NCBI GenBank assembly: GCA_009781915.1
Contig: WQUW01000001.1
Location: forward strand, 225 to 64,224
Source: Treponema sp.
GTDB taxonomy: Bacteria > Spirochaetota > Spirochaetia > Treponematales > Breznakiellaceae
Direction: 5' to 3'
Length of the DNA stretch: 64,000 bases
Under the pieces are notes generated by a model. That model saw nothing but the letters and a program-made list of their open reading frames with translations. It did not search any database and had not been told where the DNA came from. The position numbers and the translations under genes were made by a program. Below, in pieces: positions 1-7,516 of this stretch (positions within the stretch are counted from its first letter, which is position 1; every line of letters begins with the position of its first letter).

Positions 1-1
1 C

Positions 2-499
2 CGGAGCGGCTTGGGGGCGGCGATAGCTACGGCGCAAGCAATGCTTGCCGATACAGATGTGTCGGCAACCACTATCGAGGTGCATCAGGGCAGATACTGG
101 ACTACTGCCGCAGTGCGCGCGATATTCCAGTCCGAGATTGCCCGTGCGCAGAGTACTTACGCCAACGCCGAGGCAACACAGGGGATGGTGAGCACCGCCG
201 CTACACTCATGCGCGACGCAACAAGTGCTTTTGACGATGCGAGGGAACTGGGTACGCTGGCGCTGCATCTTGTTAGCCCGGCTGGCCTTAATGCCGCCAT
301 CTCCGATGCCGAGGCGCTGATTGCCAACACTGTGGCAGCAGCAAATGGCGCAAGCCTGCAATCCACCGCATTTTGGGCAACGCAAGCTGTGCATACCACC
401 TTTCAGGCGGCTATCACTGCGGCTGCCACCGTGCGGGACAACGCTGCCAGCACACAAGCGCAGGTAAACACAGCGCGCGACACGCTTATTGCCGCGTAG
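2..499 (+). CDS. C-terminal fragment of an Ala/Thr-rich protein with FIVAR-like helical repeats (probable surface protein); gene starts upstream of the window
   Basis: The frame is open from the window edge. Two internally similar segments (RYWTTAAVRAIFQSEIARAQSTYANAEATQGMVSTAATL and TAFWATQAVHTTFQAAITAAATVRDNAASTQAQVNTARDTL) follow the W..A....F...A....ATQ..V..A pattern I associate with FIVAR repeats. Confidence 0.4.
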   Translation, partial: RSGLGAAIATAQAMLADTDVSATTIEVHQGRYWTTAAVRAIFQSEIARAQSTYANAEATQGMVSTAATLMRDATSAFDDARELGTLALHLVSPAGLNAAISDAEALIANTVAAANGASLQSTAFWATQAVHTTFQAAITAAATVRDNAASTQAQVNTARDTLIAA

Positions 500-662
500 G
501 GAGTGTTTAACACTGCGCGAAGCCCCGGCACGCTAGACCCGCACAGCGGCTTCCTTGGACTGTCGCCTGTACGCCTAAGCGGGCAAGTGTACACCATTAA
601 GTATTGTTCAACTAAAACTGACGGGATAGACAAAGAGAAGAAAATGATGTTATAACAAACCT

Positions 663-1025
663 GTGAAACCCAAATGTTTACATTGCGGCAGCCAAAGCTA
701 CCAACTGAACGGAACAAAGGGCGGTGTACAAAGATACCGCTGTAAGGACTGCAAAAGATACTTCAGCGACAAGCCCAGAAAATTTACTTTTGACGACAAA
801 GAAAGAGCGGTGGAAATGTATCTGAACAATTGCGGGGTCAGAAAAACAGCAAGGTTTATGAACTGCTCTCCGTACATGATTTTGCTATGGGTCAAAGAGT
901 TTGCGAAATACGCGAAAACCGCTGATCACTCACAGAACGGCGATGTGATTGAGATGGACGAGATATTCACAAAAGTAAAAAAAAGAAAACAGGATCATAG
1001 TTTGGACAGCGTATTCCAGACTTAA
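663..1025 (+). CDS. IS1-family transposase, InsA-like N-terminal frame (zinc finger plus HTH)
   Basis: CLHCGS...RYRCKDCKRYF zinc-finger pattern followed by an HTH-like segment (VRKTARFMNCSPYMILLWVKEF), as in IS1 InsA. The frame runs through an A8 tract (977-984) and then terminates. Confidence 0.8.
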   Translation: MKPKCLHCGSQSYQLNGTKGGVQRYRCKDCKRYFSDKPRKFTFDDKERAVEMYLNNCGVRKTARFMNCSPYMILLWVKEFAKYAKTADHSQNGDVIEMDEIFTKVKKRKQDHSLDSVFQT

Positions 1026-1365
1026 CGGAAAAATTGTGGCCTATGTAATAGGCGCGATGAACCAGAGCTACGCTTTTGAGCTATATCAAAAAGTGAAGCG
1101 GGAGGTGGGCGACATCAAACGGATATACACCGACGGTAATTACTGCTATCGTCAAGCGTTTCATGAAACCCAAAAGATCCCCGAAACACACATTGTCGCG
1201 GAGGGCAAAAGCCAGACACACATGATTGAAGCGAGCAACAATTCAATCCGTGACAACCTCGCCCGTTTCAACCGCCGAAGCAAGCGGTATTCCAAATCAA
1301 ATGAAATGTTGGATTGCACCTTAAAACTTTTCTTTCAACGCAAGTCTTTTCGTAACCCAGCTTGA
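979..1365 (+). CDS. IS1-family transposase, InsB-like catalytic frame, +1 relative to the InsA frame
   Basis: The frame is open from 979; the listed ORF begins at GTG 1036. The translation KKENRIIVWTAYSRLNGKIVAYVIGAMN...IYTDGNYCYRQAF...RRSKRYSKSNEML follows the IS1 InsB pattern. Confidence 0.8.
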   Translation, partial: KKENRIIVWTAYSRLNGKIVAYVIGAMNQSYAFELYQKVKREVGDIKRIYTDGNYCYRQAFHETQKIPETHIVAEGKSQTHMIEASNNSIRDNLARFNRRSKRYSKSNEMLDCTLKLFFQRKSFRNPA

Positions 1366-1592
1366 CTTGAACAATGCCATATACGGGGGGGGGTAACTTG
1401 CCCCGCAACAGCCGCCTCTGGCGGCAGTTTTACGGGCGGGGAAAAGATGTTACGAGCGACAACAGATACCATCAGAAGAGAGTATATCCCGCTATTGGCG
1501 AAACGTCAATGTATTTGCGAATTTTTTTCAAAAATTTTTATGCGTTTCTGGAAATGCCGGAGACTAATGCCTCTGCGGAGCCCCCCGCAATG

Positions 1593-1780
1593 CCCCCGCC
1601 GCGCGTGAGCATTCCCGCCGAAAGCCCCGGCAGGGGAGGATATACGGTTTAAGAAGCCATTTCCATGGCCTCTCCGCGAAGGAGACCGTGGCTCCTTCGC
1701 GGGTTCCCCATGCGGGATTCTTAAACTGTATATCCTCCCCTGCCGGGGCTTTCGGCGGGAATGCTCACGCGCGGCGGGGG
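1593..1780. repeat. Long palindromic repeat element, copy 1 (63-bp arms, 62-nt centre); related tail module at about 1552-1592
   Basis: Arm 1593-1655 equals the reverse complement of arm 1718-1780 at 62 of 63 positions. There is an inner hairpin: CCGCGAAGGAG (1674-1684), loop, CTCCTTCGCGG (1692-1702). Homologous copies lie at 35139-35326 and 39562-39757. Confidence 0.9.
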
Positions 1781-2658
1781 GGCGTAGCGAACGCGCCGTA
1801 ATACACGGCTTTCCCGTCCTCCTCCGTCTCGTGAATCAGCGGGGTAAGGGCGGAAAACCGCTTGCCGTCAAGAAGCCCGCTTTCAAGCAGCGCCGCTATA
1901 ATGGGGCCGCCGCAAGCGCTGACGCGGCCCTCGCTAAGGCGGGCAAGAAAGGCCCCGGTGTCCATGCCTGACAGCATCGAGCGGAATTCATCCGCCATAG
2001 AAAAGGCAATGGCCGGAATGTGGCTTAGAGAAACATTGCTGCTTACCACAATAAGGCTTTCTTCCATGTAGTTTTCAAGGATTACCCGCAGCGCCCTTGC
2101 GAGAGCGGAAATAAGGGCGGGCCTTGCGCCTTGGGCGATGATGGGGACAATCTTCGCGCCGGGAAAGCAGTATTTTATCATGGGAAGAAGTATCTCCAGG
2201 GAATGTTCCGAAAAATGAAGAATGTCGTTTTCCCGGATCATCGTGGAACAGGACTCCAGTTTCCGGTTTACTTCCCGGTCTACCGGCAAGTCTCCCAGGG
2301 GGGTTTGAAAAAAGGCCGATTCCGAAAGGTATATGCCCTGCTCGCCAGAGCCGTGGCAGGGGCCAAGAAGAATAACCCGCTTGATACCCCCAGGCAGGGA
2401 CTGACTAGCGTCCGGTTCGCCGGTCTGCGCGGCGGCAAAGGCTGCGGCGGCTATCTTTCCCGACACATCCCATGCCCCATGAGGCGCGATTATGACCTGC
2501 CCCCCGCGGGAAGGGCCGCTAGAGCCCTGAGTTACCCCCCACGAGGCAAGCTGGGCCGCCAAGGTTTCCCGGTTGTCGGAGTAAAAAATGCCGTTAAAAA
2601 CTGGAACCCGCCGCCGGTGCCCATTGGGGATGGCCTTTCCCCTTAGAAAATGTTCCAT
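1765..2658 (-). CDS. AmmeMemoRadiSam system protein B (MEMO1-family protein)
   Basis: 297 aa with Memo-like motifs (IIAPHGAW, LLGPCH, HSLEILLPMIKY, ACGGPIIAAL). The last residues (TPPRRA) are encoded inside the palindromic repeat. Confidence 0.75.
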   Translation of the reverse strand: MEHFLRGKAIPNGHRRRVPVFNGIFYSDNRETLAAQLASWGVTQGSSGPSRGGQVIIAPHGAWDVSGKIAAAAFAAAQTGEPDASQSLPGGIKRVILLGPCHGSGEQGIYLSESAFFQTPLGDLPVDREVNRKLESCSTMIRENDILHFSEHSLEILLPMIKYCFPGAKIVPIIAQGARPALISALARALRVILENYMEESLIVVSSNVSLSHIPAIAFSMADEFRSMLSGMDTGAFLARLSEGRVSACGGPIIAALLESGLLDGKRFSALTPLIHETEEDGKAVYYGAFATPPRRA

Positions 2659-2751
2659 CGCTTCCTAGTGTCTCCTTTTCTCTTTCATATCTTAAGTGTA
2701 AACTCCCGCCTAACGCTCCGCAAGACCTTTCGGGAAGAAAACCGGCCCCGC

Positions 2752-4215
2752 TTATTTCTGGACACGGCACGCTTCCAGTTCCCTAAGCCGCCCCGCTTCG
2801 ATCTTAATGTGAAGGTTTTTTTCCTGCGTGGGAATAACGAGCCCCTTGGGGCCGTCTTTGGCGCGGCGCAGATATTTGACCTGCGTGTAAAAAAGATCGC
2901 CTGAGCCGTTGTTCCTACCCTTAGAGTAAAAAATGGCCAAGTTCCCCGCATCAAGAAGTATGTCCAGCGGGACAGACTTGCCGGGTTTCTGCTTGACAAA
3001 CACATAAGAGCCCGGATAATCCCTCGCGTGAAGCCACAGATCGCCGCCTTTAACGTGCTTTCTAAGGAGCGCGTCATTTTCGCTGGCGTTCCGGCCCACG
3101 ATAATAAGCCAGTCCTTGCGGCGGAAGGAAAGACCGGGCCGCTTGGCGTCTTCCCGCCGCCTTGACGGGCTTTCCCCGGCGGGCGCGCCCTCAAGCTTCG
3201 CGCCGCTTTTAAGGAGCTTATGCAGCACGAGCGGGTTCGTTTGCGAAAGCAGGTGCGCAAGGGCCTGTTCCAGACGAAGCAGTTCCCCCTCCCCTTCCTC
3301 TATCCGGGCCCGTATCTCCCCGTGTCCGCTTTTAGCCTTCCGGTACTGCTCGTAATACTCCTCCGCCGAAGCCGCCGGGCCTTTGCGGGGATCAAGCTTT
3401 ATCCGCACGATACTTGCGGTATCCCCCGCGTAAAAATTTTCGGCTTCAAGCCATTCGGCCCCGCTTTCGATGCTGCCCAGGTTCGAAAGAATGATGTCGC
3501 CGTATTCACGGAGCCTATCGGCCCTGGCGAAACCCGCTTCTTTCTCTTTAAGCCGCTCCATGGAAGATCGCACACGGGCAATGCTTCCCTCGAATTTCCG
3601 CACGGCCTGTTCCCGCAAGGCATCAAGCGAAAGGACCCCGGCCTGTGTGCGGTAAAAGGCATCTACTTTCTGGTTAAACGAAGCGTCCGGCGGGGAGGCG
3701 GAAAACTCCCGGACGGCGTAATCCCTGCCCGTCGTTCCCGTGCCGGCGCTCCCGCCCGCGTCTGGCGCGTAATGCCCGCCTGAAACCTCCCCCTTCCGGG
3801 GAAGCCGCCGCATAGCGTCTAACACCTTCCCCTGCTGGTCGGTAACGATAACGTTAGCCGCGTTTGACCAGAGCCTTAGGTATATGTAGCAGCGCTCACT
3901 GTCCCGGCGCACGGTGAGGCGGACAATTCTGTCGCTTCCTAGTTGAAGGGCCTGTTCGATCCGGGCGTTGACAATCCGGGAATTAAGAAATTCGGCGAAC
4001 CGCAGCGGCCTGTCGCCTTTGGGGGCCGAGTCAAAGGTCTGGTGAACCCTGCACGCGCCGGGGCTTAGCGAAACAAGCAGGTTTTTCGCGCCGCCGTGCC
4101 CGTAGAGTTTCAGGACAAGCACGTCAAAGGCGCTCTGCACGGCCTTCTGAATCTGCATACCGGGCAGGTTAAGTTCTTCCAGAACAAGGTTAATTTCTTT
4201 CCAGTTCAGGGACAT
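2752..4215 (-). CDS. rqcH: NFACT-family ribosome quality-control protein (RqcH / FbpA-like, with DUF814-type C-terminal region)
   Basis: The N-terminus (MSLNWKEINLVLEELNLPGMQIQKAVQ) is typical of the FbpA/NFACT-N domain. The C-terminal segment (IIVGRNASENDALLRKHVKGGDLWLHARDYPGSYVFV) matches the NFACT-R/DUF814 pattern. Confidence 0.75.
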   Translation of the reverse strand: MSLNWKEINLVLEELNLPGMQIQKAVQSAFDVLVLKLYGHGGAKNLLVSLSPGACRVHQTFDSAPKGDRPLRFAEFLNSRIVNARIEQALQLGSDRIVRLTVRRDSERCYIYLRLWSNAANVIVTDQQGKVLDAMRRLPRKGEVSGGHYAPDAGGSAGTGTTGRDYAVREFSASPPDASFNQKVDAFYRTQAGVLSLDALREQAVRKFEGSIARVRSSMERLKEKEAGFARADRLREYGDIILSNLGSIESGAEWLEAENFYAGDTASIVRIKLDPRKGPAASAEEYYEQYRKAKSGHGEIRARIEEGEGELLRLEQALAHLLSQTNPLVLHKLLKSGAKLEGAPAGESPSRRREDAKRPGLSFRRKDWLIIVGRNASENDALLRKHVKGGDLWLHARDYPGSYVFVKQKPGKSVPLDILLDAGNLAIFYSKGRNNGSGDLFYTQVKYLRRAKDGPKGLVIPTQEKNLHIKIEAGRLRELEACRVQK

Positions 4216-4249
4216 ACGGACAGTATACCGGGCTTAGGGCGGCTCGTCT

Positions 4250-5215
4250 CTAGGAGCGTGGGCAAAACGCCTGAACTTCCCGCTCCACTTCGGCGGCGGC
4301 ATCGTCCTCATTGCCGCAGTCGATCCACTTGACGCCGGGAAGCGGGGCGAAAAACGTGATCTGCCGCTTGGCGAAGCGGCGGCTGTTCTGGGCGACAAGG
4401 GCCTGTACCCCGGCAATGTCCCGCGAAAGACGCCAGCGCGGGCCTTCTTCGACAAAGAATTCCCGGTAGCCAATGGCCCGTAACGCCGGATCGTTGGGGG
4501 TATAGCCAGCATCGTAAAGGCCTTGGACTTCGGCCGGAAGCCCGGCGGCGAACATGGCGGCGGCGCGGTCGTTTACGCGGCGGTACAAATCCTCCCGGCT
4601 TCTTCGTAGGCCAACAAGCAGAAAGCGGAAAGGTGCGCCGGCCAGCCTTTCGGGGGCTGTGTTCCACGCGCAGGCATAGGAACTTAAAGGACGGCCCGTG
4701 CCCCGGTACACTTCCAGCGCCCGTAGCAGGCGGTATTCGTCGTTGATGTGGATGCGGCCCGCACTTACAGGATCGGCCTTGGCAAGCTCTTCCATAAGGG
4801 AAGCCGCGCCCCGGGCTGAAAGCTCTTCCTTTAGGATGGCTCGTATCTGGAGGTCCGCCTCCGGCGCTTCGCCAAGGCCCAGCGCGAGGGTTTTAAGGTA
4901 AAACCCCGCCCCCCCGCAAACCACCGGCAGCGCCCCCCGCTCAGAGGCGCAAGCGCAGGCTTGTAGCGCGAGGCGCACGAATTCCCCAACGTTAAACGGC
5001 TCATCGGGGTTTTTAATGTCTATCAGGTGATGGGGAACCATTGCCCGTTCTTCGGGCGAAGGCTTGGCGGTTCCTATGTCCATGCCCCGGTACACCTGCA
5101 TGGAATCGGCGGAGATTATTTCCACCCGCCTTTGCCCGCCGCCAAAAAGCCGCCGTAAAAGGCCGGTTTTCCCCGAAGCGGTGGGGCCAAAAAGGACGAG
5201 TACCGGCGTTTTCAA
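4250..5215 (-). CDS. miaA: tRNA dimethylallyltransferase
   Basis: P-loop GPTASGKT followed by ISADSMQVYRGMDIGTAKPS, the canonical MiaA N-terminus; 321 aa. Confidence 0.92.
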   Translation of the reverse strand: MKTPVLVLFGPTASGKTGLLRRLFGGGQRRVEIISADSMQVYRGMDIGTAKPSPEERAMVPHHLIDIKNPDEPFNVGEFVRLALQACACASERGALPVVCGGAGFYLKTLALGLGEAPEADLQIRAILKEELSARGAASLMEELAKADPVSAGRIHINDEYRLLRALEVYRGTGRPLSSYACAWNTAPERLAGAPFRFLLVGLRRSREDLYRRVNDRAAAMFAAGLPAEVQGLYDAGYTPNDPALRAIGYREFFVEEGPRWRLSRDIAGVQALVAQNSRRFAKRQITFFAPLPGVKWIDCGNEDDAAAEVEREVQAFCPRS

Positions 5216-5431
5216 CTATTCAGTGTCCAGTTGGAACTCTACCTGCTTGTAAAAAACCTGACGGGCGGCAAGGGACACCACTTTGCCGTCAGTGTCGTCA
5301 ACCCAGTACATGGCATCGTCATCTCCGGCGGCGTACAGCATGGAAAGCTGGTACGACCGGCGGGAAGACGCCGCGGTTATCTCGTACATATTTTTGTCAT
5401 ACTCGATCAGTTCCTTTAATGGAAATATCAT
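5216..5431 (-). CDS. rpoZ: Probable RNA polymerase omega subunit-like protein
   Basis: 71 aa. IFPLKELIEYDKNMYEITAASSRRSYQL resembles the N.YEL..AA.RRA.QL core of RpoZ. Its stop codon abuts the miaA start. Confidence 0.55.
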   Translation of the reverse strand: MIFPLKELIEYDKNMYEITAASSRRSYQLSMLYAAGDDDAMYWVDDTDGKVVSLAARQVFYKQVEFQLDTE

Positions 5432-5440
5432 GTCATTCTC

Positions 5441-6520
5441 CTACGTGTATTGCTCGGCTATTCTGCGAAACTCATCCTGAATCGAGACAAGCGCGTCAAC
5501 GATAACAGGATCAAACTGGGTTCCCCTGCCTTCTTCAATTACCTTTACCGACTCGGCATAAGGCATGGCCGACTTGTAGACCCGCGCGCACACCAAAGCG
5601 TCGTACACATCCGCCAAGGACGCGAGGCGGGCCACAAGCGGTATCTGTTCCCCTTCAAGACCCTGAGGATACCCCTTTCCGTCCCAGCGCTCATGATGAC
5701 TATAGCAGATATCCTCGCTGTGTTTCAAGTACAGGGAATTACGCACATCCCCCAGTTCCCCGATAATGCTCTTGCCCTTGGTTGTATGGGTCTTGATCAC
5801 TTCATACTCTTCGGGGGTAAGCCGCTCCGGTTTAAGGAGGATTTTGTCGGGGATAGAGATTTTCCCCACATCGTGAAGGGCCATGGATTTCACGATTACC
5901 TCTGGCTGTAGTTCCAGAAGCTTGTCGGCGTATTTTGACCGGGAAAGAATCAGGCGCTTGGCAAGCGCGCCGACATAATACTGGGTGCGCTTGACGTGCT
6001 CGCCGGATTCCAGATTCCGGTACTCAATCACGCTCGCCAGGCCCTGCAGGGCGCCGTCCAGCGTGCGGTTGGCCTCTTCGGTCTTTTTGATGACTTCTTC
6101 GGTTTTCCGCGCCACCATGTCTTCAAGGCTGTCGCTGTAATCTTTAAGTTTTATCTGGTTTTTTACCCTGAGCCTGACAACTTCCGGCGTAAAGGGCTTG
6201 TTGATAAAATCAGCGGCCCCGGCTCCCAATAGTTCGCTTTCGCTGTCGTTTTCGGCGGTAATAAAAATAACGGGGATGCGCTTGAAAGCGTCATTGGTTT
6301 TAAGGATTTCGAACATTTCCCGGCCTGTCATTTCGGGCATTTGCACGTCAAGCAGGATAAGCCTGGGTTGTACCCCGGTGGTGCTGAGTATGTCCAGCGC
6401 CTGTTTCCCGTTGCTCGCGGTCAGTATCCGGTATTCTTCCTTCAGGATTTCTTCAAGGATCATGACGTTTACATCAACATCATCGACCACAAGGACTACC
6501 GGGGGCGTGGGGCTAGGCAT
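5441..6520 (-). CDS. Response regulator with HD-GYP domain (RpfG-type predicted c-di-GMP phosphodiesterase)
   Basis: Receiver domain (VLVVDDVDVNVMILEE...LILLDVQMPEMTG) followed by HDVGKISIP and HHERWDGKGYPQGL motifs. Confidence 0.9.
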   Translation of the reverse strand: MPSPTPPVVLVVDDVDVNVMILEEILKEEYRILTASNGKQALDILSTTGVQPRLILLDVQMPEMTGREMFEILKTNDAFKRIPVIFITAENDSESELLGAGAADFINKPFTPEVVRLRVKNQIKLKDYSDSLEDMVARKTEEVIKKTEEANRTLDGALQGLASVIEYRNLESGEHVKRTQYYVGALAKRLILSRSKYADKLLELQPEVIVKSMALHDVGKISIPDKILLKPERLTPEEYEVIKTHTTKGKSIIGELGDVRNSLYLKHSEDICYSHHERWDGKGYPQGLEGEQIPLVARLASLADVYDALVCARVYKSAMPYAESVKVIEEGRGTQFDPVIVDALVSIQDEFRRIAEQYT

Positions 6521-6854
6521 ATTTGGCTATCACCTTCTCCGCCTGGGTAAGCGTTTCGGCAAAGCAGGCTTTCAGGTTTTCAAGGGAGGCGGGTTCCAGC
6601 GCTCCCCCTTTAAGTTGGGTTTCCACGTCCAGGGACTGGTTGTAGAGTTCCGTCAGGGACAGGTTCGCCGCGATGCCTTTTACGGCGTGGGCGGCGGCGG
6701 CGGCCTTTTCCCAGTCCCGCCCGGCGCAGAAGGCCAGAATGTCGTCAAGATTCGTGCCGGCGGCAAACTTGGCGAGTATTTTGGCGTAGAGCCTGGAGTT
6801 GTCCATGAGTCGTTTTTTGCCTTCTTCTTCGTTTATGTAGACAATTCCGGCCAC
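6513..6854 (-). CDS. Hpt (histidine phosphotransfer) domain protein
   Basis: 113 aa with an AHAVKGIAANLSL phosphoacceptor-His motif. It overlaps the downstream response regulator start by 8 nt. Confidence 0.75.
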   Translation of the reverse strand: MAGIVYINEEEGKKRLMDNSRLYAKILAKFAAGTNLDDILAFCAGRDWEKAAAAAHAVKGIAANLSLTELYNQSLDVETQLKGGALEPASLENLKACFAETLTQAEKVIAKYA

Positions 6855-6898
6855 GCCGCGCCCCCGTTACTATAGATGATAGACGAAAACGGTGTGGT

Positions 6899-7417
6899 TT
6901 GCAAGGATTGGGCGGGCGGGGCTTAGACAGCGACAACGGCGGCGAGTTTATTAACCATCAGGATCTTGATTGGCGCGTCCAGAACAATGTTAGGTTTACA
7001 AGGGCGCACCCCTATCGCAAAAATGATAATTGTTTTGTTGAACAGAAAAACGGCGATGTTGCGCGGAAAACTGTCGGATATGCGCGCTTTGAAGGCCAAG
7101 ACGCGTTAACTGCGCTTGCGCAGGTGTACCACTTTTTGAATCCTTTTTTGAATTATTGGTACCCTACATTGCGCCTAATCGCAAAGGAAAAACTCCCGTC
7201 CGGCAGGTACAAAAAAATCTATGAAAAGGAGGCGAAAACACCTTATCAACGGCTTCTTGAATCTGGCGATACAAGTGATGAATGTAAAGTTGAACTTCGC
7301 CTGAGGGCTGCTCTCCTTAAGCCGGCTGAATTAAAACGTAATATGGACGCGGCGCGGGATCGGCTCTTGAAACTTTCCGTGATACAGGCCACCATTCCTT
7401 CCGGCAAGGTTTCTTAA
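6899..7417 (+). pseudogene. 5'-truncated rve-type (DDE integrase core) transposase fragment
   Basis: The translation starts mid-domain at GLDSDNGGEFINH...FTRAHPYRKNDNCFVEQKNGDVARKTVGY, the C-terminal third of a retroviral-integrase-type catalytic core. No N-terminal DNA-binding or DD part is present upstream. Confidence 0.7.
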
Positions 7418-7516
7418 GAAACCTTCGGCTAGGTTTTCTTTTGAGGCAATACGGCAGGCGCTATAGCCACGCCTATCCTCGCACACACGCCCCTTTTCTG
7501 CTATAATGACCGCACT

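Larger units (their letters stand above)
601..1377 (+). mobile_element. IS1-family insertion sequence, 777 bp, with imperfect terminal inverted repeats
   Basis: Bases 601-619 (GTATTGTTCAACTAAAACT) match the reverse complement of 1359-1377 (GCATTGTTCAAGTCAAGCT) at 15 of 19 positions. The unit encloses InsA-like and InsB-like frames, and its size matches IS1 (about 770 bp). Confidence 0.8.

Noticed and set aside
1374-1652. 92-aa ORF downstream of the IS1 element
   Set aside because: It runs across the IS1 flank and into the palindromic repeat arm, and its C-terminus (PGRGGYTV) is repeat-encoded. It has no RBS and no coding-like composition.
6899-7417. Intact transposase gene
   Set aside because: The translation begins in the middle of the integrase catalytic core. 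No upstream frame supplies the N-terminal half, and no inverted repeats were found. I treat it as a remnant.
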